A stretch of 63,685 nucleotides of DNA, filler included, from Octopus bimaculoides (Eukaryota): NCBI RefSeq assembly GCF_001194135.2. It is 6 parts of 6 records of this genome, joined end to end, with 100 filler letters (N's around TTAATTAATTAA, not from the genome) between each part and the next. Parts side by side here need not be neighbours in the genome. Positions count along the whole stretch, not along the records: positions 52,247 to 62,357 come from NC_068981.1; positions 62,458 to 63,685 come from NW_026372496.1; 4 more parts are not named here. The stretch is one strand, 5' to 3'. Below the pieces are notes generated by a model. It was not told the origin of the DNA. It did no database searches and worked only from the letters and a program-made list of their open reading frames with translations. Position 1 is the stretch's first letter; each line of letters starts with the position of its first letter. The position numbers and the translations under genes are program-made. Below are positions 53,543 through 63,685 of the stretch, one piece after another.

Positions 53543-53954
53543 TACTCTTTTACTCTTTTACTTGTTTCACTCATGCGACTGTGACCATGCTGGAGCACCA
53601 CCTTTAGTCGAACAAATCGACCCCAGGACTTATTCTTTGTAAACCTAGTACTTATTCTATCGGTTTCTCTCGCCGAACCACTAACTTACGGGGACGTAAA
53701 CACACCAGCATCGGTTGTCGAGCGATGTTAGGGGGACAAACACAGACACACAAACATATACACACATATACATATATATATACATATATACGACGGGCTT
53801 CTTTCAGTTTCCATCTACCAAATCCACTCACAAGGCTTTGTTCGGTTCGAGGCTATAGTAGAAGACACTTGCCCAAGGTGCCACGCAGTGGGACTGAACC
53901 CGGAACCATATGGTTCATAAGCAAGCTACTTACCACACAGCCACTCCTACGCCT
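53543..53954 (-). mobile_element. SINE-B full-length reference copy
   Basis: Minus strand: tRNA-like head (gtggctgtgtggtaag; ggttcagtccc), CORE-like accttgggcaagtgtctt, internal (TA/TG)n, taagtac..ctggggtcga module, (taaaagag)n tail. Confidence 0.92.
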
Positions 53955-53961
53955 ATACAGT

Positions 53962-54358
53962 AACATTGGTATCAAATTTTGCACAAGACCAGCAATTTCT
54001 GGACGAGGAAGTAAGTCAATCATACTGACCGTAGTGCTCAGCTGGTACTTATGTGATCGATCTCGAAAGGGATGAAAGGAAAAGTCAACCTCGGCGAATT
54101 TGTGCTCAGAACATAAAGACAGATGAATTGCCGCTTAGCTTTTGGCCTGACATGCTAAAGATTTTGCCAGCTAACCACCTAAAGAGATATACAATAATAT
54201 TGGTTTCAAATTTTGGCGTAAGTCCAGCAAGTTCGGGTGGGGGGATAAGTCGATATCATCGACCCCAGTGCTCAGCTGGTACTTATTTTATCGACCCTGA
54301 AAGGATGAAAGGCAAAGCTGGCCTCAGCAAAGTTTGAACTCAGAACGTAAAGACTGGT
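53962..54358 (-). mobile_element. Two tandem SINE-A type ii copies
   Basis: Both begin on the + strand with ggt(a/t)tcaaattttg and carry the core module. Confidence 0.85.
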
Positions 54359-54392
54359 GAAATTTGAAAGTCAATATTTGTCATACAGTAAG

Positions 54393-54822
54393 GGCAGCGA
54401 GCTGGCAGAATCGTTAGCACGCCGGACTAAATGCTTAGTGGTATTTCGCCTGCCGTTATTGTTCGGAATTCAAATTCCGCCGAGGTCGACTTCGCCTTTC
54501 ATCCTTTCGGGGTCGATAAATTAAGTACCAGTTACGCACTGGGGTCGATGTAATCGACTTAATCCCTTTGTCTGTCCTTGTTTGTCTCCTCTATGTTTAG
54601 CCCCTTGTGGGCAATAAAGAAATAAGAATCGTTAGCACGCCGGGCGAAATGCTTAGCGGTATTTCGCCTGCCGTTATGTTCTGAGTTCAAATTCCGCCGA
54701 GGTCGACTTTGCCTTTCATCCTTTCGGGGTCGATAAATTAAGTACCAGTTGAGTACTGGGGTCGATTTAATCGACTGGCTCCCTCCTCCAAAATTTCGAG
54801 CTTTGTGCTTAAAGGAGAAAAG
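54393..54822 (+). mobile_element. SINE-A dimer (type i unit + type ii unit) inside one ~18-bp TSD
   Basis: aatatttgtcatacagta at 54373-54390 and aatatttgttcatacagta at 54823-54841. Confidence 0.88.
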
Positions 54823-55983
54823 AATATTTGTTCATACAGTATCGTCTGATTTGCGTCTCATTTTAGGTGTTAAATGTTAATGGATACTGCAATACTATGT
54901 CATTTCCTATTTTAATCTTGACAATATGATTTTCGTTTTTTTTTTTTAAATTTTTAATGTTATTAAAATATAAGTATTTCACTAGTTTAAGCACACCCAC
55001 ATAGAATTCAAAACTTTTAAAAACACATTGCACCGCCATAGCCCTCCTCGAAGCATTTACAGCCTTTCTAGTGAATCTACAACGCCACTAAGAAGGTGCT
55101 CCTAGTCAGCTTAAGAATCACTGGGCTAAACGTTGTCTCAGCACATGGGTTTGCTCAATCAAGTCTCACACATACACACACACTATAGGGAGCCCTCACC
55201 CTTGCTGTCAAGAGATGATTCATTCATTCCTTGCTTACAATCCATTTTTAATTCATATTAATTTACATATCAGCATTGTCCTTTCCTCGACCAGATTTTA
55301 TCATTTCCTAATGATTTTTTTATCCCATTAATTAATTAAATAAATTAATTAACTGATATTAATTCATTAAGATTTCTTGCCTTACTATCTTAACCTATTT
55401 TAACCAAGGTTAACCCTGTCGAAATTTTGAAGATAGTTATATAAATAGGGATAACAAATATACAGAAGTGTCCAGTTCAGCTTTATTGCAGTAAATAAAC
55501 CAAATACAACTGTTCTTAAACGAGGACGGTGGGTTAATATGGGTTAAGAACATCAGCACAGACTTTACTGTGTGGTTTTCATGCAGAATGTACCCCTCAG
55601 TATGTTTCTCAGCCTTTTCATATTACAGAATAGATTATGTAAATATTAGCTGCTATAGCGAACGACATCAGCCTCACGGGATTTTGACAGCGAAACTGTA
55701 CGTTTCATCTTTCCCACGTAAATATGTATGGACGGCAAGTGTTGTCAGCTATAACAGTAGACACATGGTTTCATTCTACGGATTCACGTAGGTGGGTAAA
55801 ATGGTCACATGGTGTACATGATGAATGATTTTGCTGATTTTCAGTTATAGACTGTGAGTATGGTGGATGTGCGTTTGAATACACACATGAATACATGCAT
55901 ACAGACAAGCACACATCATGCATCTGTACATACATACGTACATGCATACACACACACATACACACACAAACACACATAATTCT

Positions 55984-56535
55984 GGATTCAGTCCCACTGC
56001 GTGGCATCTTGGGCAACTATTTCTCCTATAACCTCGGGCCGACCAAAGCTTTGTGAATGGATTTGGTAGACGGAAACTTAAAAGGCGGCGAGCTGGCAGA
56101 AACGTTAGCACGCCGGGCGAAAGGCTTATCGGTATTTCGTCTGCCGCTACGTTCTGAGTTCAAATTCCGCCGAGGTAGACTTTGCCTTTCATACTATCGG
56201 GGTCGATAAATTAAGTACCAGTTACGCACTGGGGTCGATATAATCGATTTAATCCGTTTGTCTGTCCTTGTTTGTCNNNNNNNNNNNNNNNNNNNNNNNN
56301 NNNNNNNNNNNNNNNNNNNNNNNNNNNNNNNNNNNNNNNNNNNNNNNNNNNNNNNNNNNNNNNNNNNNNNNNNNNNNNNNNNNNNNNNNNNNNNNNNNNN
56401 NNNNNNNNNNNNNNNNNNNNNNNNTATATATATATGCGCACGTGCGCGTGTGTGTGCATTTATGTGTCTGTGTTTGGCCCCTACCACCGCTTGAGAACTG
56501 GTGTTGGCGTGTTTACGTCCCCGTAATTTAGCATT
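55984..56535 (+). mobile_element. SINE-B interrupted by SINE-A (56084-56276)
   Basis: SINE-B stops at gacggaaacttaaaa, SINE-A follows, and SINE-B resumes after the gap at about 56445. Confidence 0.8.
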
Positions 56536-57588
56536 TTTCCATATCTACCAGGGCAAAGAAGGAACAGTTTCTGTACAAGAACGTTTAAATAAAGAGAATT
56601 TATTTATCAAAAAAATACAGAACACATCTAAATATGAACGCATAACCAACTTTGGTCTCAGTATATATTTTAATTCATGTTCACATACCCATCACTGAAA
56701 ATACTTTATCTCACTACTTTAGCTTTTGAGTTTTTCTATATTTATTTATTCCTTCCCCCAAATATGAACAATTTCTTTCCCTGTTCCTAATAATAGCGAT
56801 CACAAATTACCTTAGATTTTTCTACTTGTTGACTCATTTTATTCACAAACTCCCATACACAACATGGACTAAAATCCTCTTAAGAAAATATGAAATTACA
56901 ATAATTTCAATGTCATGATTAGCGAAAGCGAAACCGGTCGACAAATACAAAGTATGAGTGAAAACCTGCGACACTGACATTATTGGATGATGTAGACTAG
57001 TTCGTTTTTTCGAGTTTATGTTGTCCGTGTTCAGAGAGTGGGATTGGATTTGTGCAAATCTTTTCCTCACTACAAAAAAAGTCATCATGCACAGGCATTG
57101 TTTGAAAAAAAAAAAAAGTAAAGCCTTCCACGAAAATGGCTGGTCGTAGCCTAGCATCGCATGTGTGGGACTTTCGATCAGGCGATGGCAATAAACACGT
57201 GTTTGCAGTTTCCATGTATGTATGTATGTATGTATGTATGTATGTATGCATGCATGTATGCATGTATGTATGTATGTATGCATGTATGTATGTATGCATA
57301 TATGTATGTATGTATGTATGCATGTATGTATGTATGTATGTATGCATGCATGTATGCATGTATGTATGTATGTATGCATGTATGTATGTATGTATGTATG
57401 TATGTATGTGTGTGTACGCATGAACAGCAAAGGAGGTATACTTGTAAAAGTGTGTGCGTGACAGAGAGAGAGGGGGAGAGGGAGAGGGAGAGAAAGCGAA
57501 TGTGTGTCTGGAGTGTGTACGTGTGTGTATTTGTGCATGCGTGTGTGTGTTTGTGCTTGTGTGTATGTGTATGTATGTGTTCGTACTT

Positions 57589-57630
<42 letters not shown>

Positions 57631-58204
57631 NNNNNNNNNNNNNNNNNNNNNNNNNNNNNNNNNNNNNNNNNNNNNNNNNNNNNNNNNNNNNNNNNNNNNN
57701 NNNNNNNNNNNNNNNNNNNNNNNNNNNNNNAAACAAGACCTTATTCAGTTCTGTTGCAAAGAGTTGGAGGTTGACGCTAGAGAGAAAGAGAGAAAGTTTC
57801 TCTGTGTCATGGCCGACAACTAGAAAACAAACATTACACACAGTGCAAGATATTCGCTACAATTGACCTTTTGTTTCTTAACATGCTTCCATTGACGTTT
57901 GTTAGCTAACGGTCTGCAACCTTGTAGCCTGCTTTGCAGCTCATCTTATCTATTATATCATCAATTCCATACATTGTGAAGTCTTTCTTTCCTTCTTTCT
58001 TTCTTTCTTTCTCTCTCTCTCTCTCTCCTGTATCCTCTCTCTCTCTTCCTCTTCCACACTCTCTCTCATTCTTTGCTTTCCTCATCCAAGCTCACTCTCT
58101 CCTTCTATCTCTCTCGCTCGCTGTGTCTCTCTTCGTGCATATTATACATACAGACGAACAGTTACAGGTAGATGTGTGTGTGTGTGTGTGTGTGTGTGCA
58201 CGTA

Positions 58205-58484
58205 TCTTTTATCCGTTAATTGTTTCAGCCATCAGACTGTGGCCATGCTGGGGCACCGCTTTGAAGAAGTTTTAGTCGAATGAATCGACCCCAGCACTTA
58301 TTTTACTTATTTATTTATTTACTTTTCCTAAATCGGGTTCTTATTCTATCACTCTCTTTTTGCCAAACTGGTAAGTTACGGGGACGTAAACACACTAACA
58401 GCGGCTGTCAGGGACAAATACAGACACATGCATATATATATAATATGCCTTCTTTTAAGTTTCCGTCTCCCAAATCCACTCACA
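58205..58484 (-). mobile_element. SINE-B, head in gap
   Basis: gtttcagccatcagactgtggccatgctggggcacc...tttccgtctcccaaatccactcac. Confidence 0.85.
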
Positions 58485-59433
58485 NNNNNNNNNNNNNNNN
58501 NNNNNNNNNNNNNNNNNNNNNNNNNNNNNNNNNNNNNNNNNNNNNNNNNNNNNNNNNNNNNNNNNNNNNNNNNNNNNNNNNNNNNNNNNNNNNNNNNNNN
58601 NNNNNNNNNNNNNNNNNNNNNNNNNNNNNNNNNNNNNNNNNNNNNNNNNNNNNNNNNNNNNNNNNNNNNNNNNNNNNNNNNNNNNNNNNNNNNNNNNNNN
58701 NNNNNNNNNNNNNNNNNNNNNNNNNNNNNNNNNNNNNNNNNNNNNNNNNNNNNNNNNNNNNNNNNNNNNNNNNNNNNNNNNNNNNNNNNNNNNNNNNNNN
58801 NNNNNNNNNNNNNNNNNNNNNNNNNNNNNNNNNNNNNNNNNNNNNNNNNNNNNNNNNNNNNNNNNNNNNNNNNNNNNNNNNNNNNNNNNNNNNNNNNNNN
58901 NNNNNNNNNNNNNNNNNNNNNNNNNNNNNNNNNNNNNNNNNNNNNNNNNNNNNNNNNNNNNNNNNNNNNNNNNNNNNNNNNNNNNNNNNNNNNNNNNNNN
59001 NNNNNNNNNNNNNNNNNNNNNNNNNNNNNNNNNNNNNNNNNNNNNNNNNNNNNNNNNNNNNNNNNNNNNNNNNNNNNNNNNNNNNNNNNNNNNNNNNNNN
59101 NNNNNNNNNNNNNNNNNNNNNNNNNNNNNNNNNNNNNNNNNNNNNNNNNNNNNNNNNNNNNNNNNNNNNNNNNNNNNNNNNNNNNNNNNNNNNNNNNNNN
59201 NNNNNNNNNNNNNNNNNNNNNNNNNNNNNNNNNNNNNNNNNNNNNNNNNNNNNNNNNNNNNNNNNNNNNNNNNNNNNNNNNNNNNNNNNNNNNNNNNNNG
59301 AACTATATAAGTTCGTAATTGTTTTTGTGAACAAATTTTCATGTGCTTTCACGGCGAATGGTTTTGTTAAGCAGTGTCGGGTTTTACAATTCTGTAAATA
59401 ATAATAATAATAGTATTTTAAAAGCTTAAAGGT

Positions 59434-59638
59434 TATAGCAATCACCGCGCAATGACTAAGGAAAATAGTCTAAAAATGGGGCATATAAGCCCTCGACAAA
59501 AAAACACTTAGACGCGTAAACAAAGAGATGTGGGTTCGAGTCCTACACGTACGAGAAAACCTACTTTTTTTTCTGTCGTGGACATATATGCCCCATTATT
59601 AGACTATTTTCCTTAGTCGTTGCGCAGTGATCACTATA
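59434..59638. mobile_element. MITE-like element with ~70-bp TIRs around a tRNA-like core
   Basis: 59434-59504 is the reverse complement of 59565-59638; the core contains gtggg-ttcgagt-cctac. Confidence 0.85.
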
Positions 59639-59639
59639 C

Positions 59640-59790
59640 GCTCCCCGTTACTTAGCGGTTCGGTAAAAGAAACCGATAGAATAAGTACTAGGCTTACAAA
59701 GAATAAGTCCTGGGGGTCGATCTCTCTTCGACTAAAGGTAGTGCTGCAGCATGGCCGCAGTCAAATGACTGGAACAAAAAGAAAAGGAAT
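59640..59790 (+). mobile_element. SINE-B 3' half
   Basis: ttacttagcggttcgg..ataagtactaggcttacaaagaataagtcctgggggtcga..cagcatggccgcagtcaaatgactg. Confidence 0.85.
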
Positions 59791-60156
59791 AAAACGCTGG
59801 ATGTGTAAGGCATGCCTTGTCAGGAAAAGAAGCCACATTATCAGCAGCAATCACAAACACAGCACCAAGAACAAGAAGAACAAGAACAGCAGTAACGGTA
59901 CAAATAATCTGAAAATCTATCAAGTCCAATTTGTACTGTTGTAGTTATTTGTTTATTCATTTTATTTTTTATCTTATTTTATTCCTTGATGAGGAATTTG
60001 GATGTGGGACAGCGAGTGTGCTGTTCTTTTTTTTTTTCTTTTTTTTCTCTTCTTTTTTTCATTGTCTCAGAAACAAAGAAAACAGGAAAATATAATCTCA
60101 TTGAATTTCTTCAATAATGGGAACCAAATTTTATTCTATGCTATCTCTTCTTACGT

Positions 60157-60237
<81 letters not shown>

Positions 60238-60246
60238 CACTCACAA

Positions 60247-60277
<31 letters not shown>

Positions 60278-61411
60278 CAGACTAACACGTCCACTCTTAC
60301 ATTTAGTTGAATGTATATAAATATCATAGACAGAAGCATACGCGAGTAAGCAAGTGTACATGCACACACGGAAAACTACGATTATATGTTACATACATAC
60401 ATACATACATATATACATACATACATACAAACATACATACATACATACATACATACATGCATACATACACACACACACATGCATGCATACATACATACAC
60501 ACATACATACTTACACACACATACATACACACATACATACATACATACATACCTATGTATATGTATAAATATGAATGTATTTGGGTATATACATATATAC
60601 ATATACATATGCATACACACACACACATTTACTATACATATATACCACTTATATATATATGTAAACATATATGTACACATACATTATACAAACATTTTCA
60701 AGAATGCATGTAATATCTATACCAGTAGCTTCNNNNNNNNNNNNNNNNNNNNNNNNNNNNNNNNNNNNNNNNNNNNNNNNNNNNNNNNNNNNNNNNNNNN
60801 NNNNNNNNNNNNNNNNNNNNNNNNNNNNNNNNNNNNNNNNNNNNNNNNNNNNNNNNNNNNNNNNNNNNNNNNNNNNNNNNNNNNNNNNNNNNNNNNNNNN
60901 NNNNNNNNNNNNNNNNNNNNNNNNNNNNNNNNNNNNNNNNNNNNNNNNNNNNNNNNNNNNNNNNNNNNNNNNNNNNNNNNNNNNNNNNNNNNNNNNNNCA
61001 TACATACACACACACACGTAAATATACATAAGAACTTATACATACGTGCATACACAAAGACAAAAATAAGTAGACAAAATGATGCACGCACATTCACACA
61101 CTGGCACACGCACACACACGCACACATGCACGCCCGCGCGCGCACACACACACATATTAACTTTAACCGAGGAAAAGAAGAGAAAACTTCTCACACTCTC
61201 AGTGTCATGAATATCTGCAAAACTTTTACTATTCTACTGGAATATTCCAGCCATTATAATCACAGCAAGATGGATTTCTTTATCTCTTTATCTCTGCTAA
61301 ATTTATCTGGAAGAAAACATAAAGAAAAAAAGTTGTGAGACAGCGAAAATCTTGCAGAAAAAATTCCCAAACAAGTTATGTCTGAAAACATTTAATACAT
61401 TTCACATATAA

Positions 61412-61832
61412 GGTGGCGAACTGGCAGAAACGTTAACACGCCGGGCGAAATGCTAAGCCGTATTTCGTCTGTCTCCACGCTCTGAGTTCAAATTTCACCG
61501 AAGTCGACTTTGCCTTTCATCCTTTCGGATCGATAAATTAAGTAGCAGTTACGCACTGGGGTCGATATAGTCGACTTAAACCCTTCGTCTGTCCTTGTTT
61601 GTCCATTCTATGTTTAGCCCCTTGTGGGTAATAAAGAAATAACTTTAGCACGTCGGGCGAAATGTTTCGCGGTATTTCGTGTCTTTACGTTCTGAGTTCA
61701 AATTCCATCGGGGTTGACTTTGCCTTTCATCCTTTTGGAGTCTATAAATTAAGTACCAGTTGCGTACTGGGGTCGGTCCAATCGACTGTCCCCTCCCCCA
61801 AAATTTCGGGCCTTGTGCCTACAGTAGAGAAG
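61412..61832 (+). mobile_element. SINE-A dimer (type i unit + type ii unit) inside one perfect 17-bp TSD
   Basis: aatacatttcacatata at 61394-61410 and 61833-61849. Confidence 0.9.
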
Positions 61833-61955
61833 AATACATTTCACATATACTGCAGTTGGGTGATATATATGAAAGAGACATGACAATGATTATCTTATGA
61901 ACTTCATTAGCTTACGGCTGTTTCTGCTATAAGGTGTAGTCGACTCATAGTTGAA

Positions 61956-62049
61956 TGTCTGAATAACACCTTATAGCTTCATCGGAGCCACAAATAAATT
62001 GCACTTCATATTCGAGGCTCCAATGAAGCTAAAAGGTGTTATTCAGGCA
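61956..62049. repeat. 94-nt hairpin (34-bp arms, 26-nt loop)
   Basis: tgtctgaataacaccttatagcttcatcggagcc / ggctccaatgaagctaaaaggtgttattcaggca. Confidence 0.9.
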
Positions 62050-62099
62050 CTTTGTCGTCTCTATTACTTTGTATTTTCTCATCCATCACCCTATAATCA

Positions 62100-62320
62100 G
62101 CAAATACGGCATTTTTAGTCTCGCAATGCCCCGCCATGATAGATCGCTAGCCAATACACATTCTTTATTTTCTCTCCTTGTTTCTTTCTGTGTTCCTTTC
62201 TATAGAAGAGCGTAGGCTCGAAACTTTAAAGACTTCTTCACTTCCCGAGCGTCATACTAATACATCTGTTTGTTGTCTACCGTCCTCGTCTTTTGTTGTT
62301 GTTTTTTTGTTTTTGTGAAT
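62100..62320 (+). mobile_element. Penelope-like terminal fragment
   Basis: gaa-gagc-gtag-gctc-gaaac motif at about 62204-62225 after a pyrimidine-rich tract. Confidence 0.45.
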
Positions 62321-62323
62321 TCT

Positions 62324-62357
<34 letters not shown>

Positions 62358-62924
62358 NNNNNNNNNNNNNNNNNNNNNNNNNNNNNNNNNNNNNNNNNNN
62401 NTTAATTAATTAANNNNNNNNNNNNNNNNNNNNNNNNNNNNNNNNNNNNNNNNNNNNTATATATATATATATATATATGTATATGTGTGTATGTTCATAT
62501 ATATATATATATAACATTTGTGTGTGTGTGTTTGTGTATATAAAGTTGATGGCACGATAAAGAAGTTCACACATACAAGGACATGATACGATACAAATGT
62601 ATTAAATTTAGTTTAAGGGTCTTTCCACACTTCATTTCCACACACACACACACACACACACACACTCTCTCTCTCTCTCTCTCTCCCTCTCTCCCTTTCT
62701 CACTCACTGTCTTCTGTATAACACACACACACACAGACGCTCTTATACACACATATCTCTCTTTATAACAGCCTTCAGACGTTCCACCTTATATTGTACC
62801 ACAAACACCAGACAATGTAAAACCTCCAGTGAAACTCTGCACTACGTTGGTACTATTGCAAGGGTAAAATATAACACTAAAATTTTCGTTGGGCGCGAAT
62901 AGATACAGAGATGATATGATATAA

Positions 62925-63142
62925 TATAATCTTTTCTACTAAAGGTACAAGACCCGAAATTTTGGGGGAGGGAGGCAGGCGATTAGATTGACCCCAGTAT
63001 GCAGCTGGTACTTACTTTATCGACCCCGAAAGGATGAAAGGCAAAGTCGACTTCGGCGGAATTTGAACTCAGAACATGAAGACAGACGAAATGCCGCTAA
63101 GCATTTTGTCCGGCGTGCTAACGATTCTGCCAGCTCGCCGCC
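62925..63142 (-). mobile_element. SINE-A full-length, tail type ii
   Basis: Complete head ending ccagctcgccgcc; a further deleted copy lies at 63235-63327. Confidence 0.9.
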
Positions 63143-63685
63143 TTTGGGTGATCAAAATAATGGCTTCAGATTTTAGCAAAGGGCTTGCAGTTTTTTGGGG
63201 GGGTTTTGGGGTTGTTGTTTTTTTGTAGTTGAGAGGGAAGTCGATTACATCGACCTCAGAAAGGCAAAGTCAACCATGATGGAATGCAAAGGCAGACAAA
63301 ATGCCGCTAAGCATTTTGTCCGGCGTGTTTGTGTGTGTATGTGTGTGTTGGGATAAATAACACAGCAACTCGGATGTTGCTCAACCGGCTGAAAATAACA
63401 GCTAAATCTTTTTAGAATCACAACTTACAGTGTTAAGAAGGAAGGACACATTAGATATTGCAGTTTTCTCACTTAGAGAAAAGATGGAAATAGTCACGGT
63501 TGGAAATTATTTTCATCAAAATCTTGGTCGATCAGAGCTCACCAGAAGCCAGACAACATGTGCAAGAGTCGATGCCCTTTCGCACACGCTCAGTCTGCTA
63601 GAAATAGCAGTTGTATCATTCTTAAATTAAAACTCACTGCCTTACATAAAACAAATTTATGAAAAAAAAAAAAAGTAAGACAACA

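Overview
Eukaryotic, AT-rich draft-scaffold window with very dense microsatellites and about 25 N-gaps (roughly 14% N by hand count). The repeat families resemble those of Octopus; this is inference from recalled SINE/LINE sequences, not a search result. I see no intact protein-coding gene, rRNA, complete tRNA gene or CRISPR array, and nearly all listed ORFs are microsatellite or gap artefacts. Supported content: about 20 copies of a tRNA-derived SINE (here called SINE-A, with two tail types), about 9 copies of a CORE-like tRNA SINE (SINE-B), two further retroposon-tail families, a decayed HERO-like non-LTR retrotransposon with RT and restriction-like endonuclease (13.6-15.5 kb), an RTE-like LINE 3' fragment, a probable L1/Tx1-like 5'UTR+ORF1, mariner remnants, a Helitron 3' end and two Penelope-like termini. 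A few isolated splice-site-bounded segments may be exons of a large host gene. The most unusual items are (1) a ~205-bp TIR element enclosing half a tRNA, (2) two independent SINE dimers, each enclosed by one 17-18 bp TSD, (3) a LINE 5' end fused to a SINE head, (4) a 620-bp fold-back palindrome, (5) a perfect hairpin made of telomeric repeats, and (6) degenerate hammerhead-ribozyme motifs. SINE-A/B/C and family D are my working labels. No searches were run.
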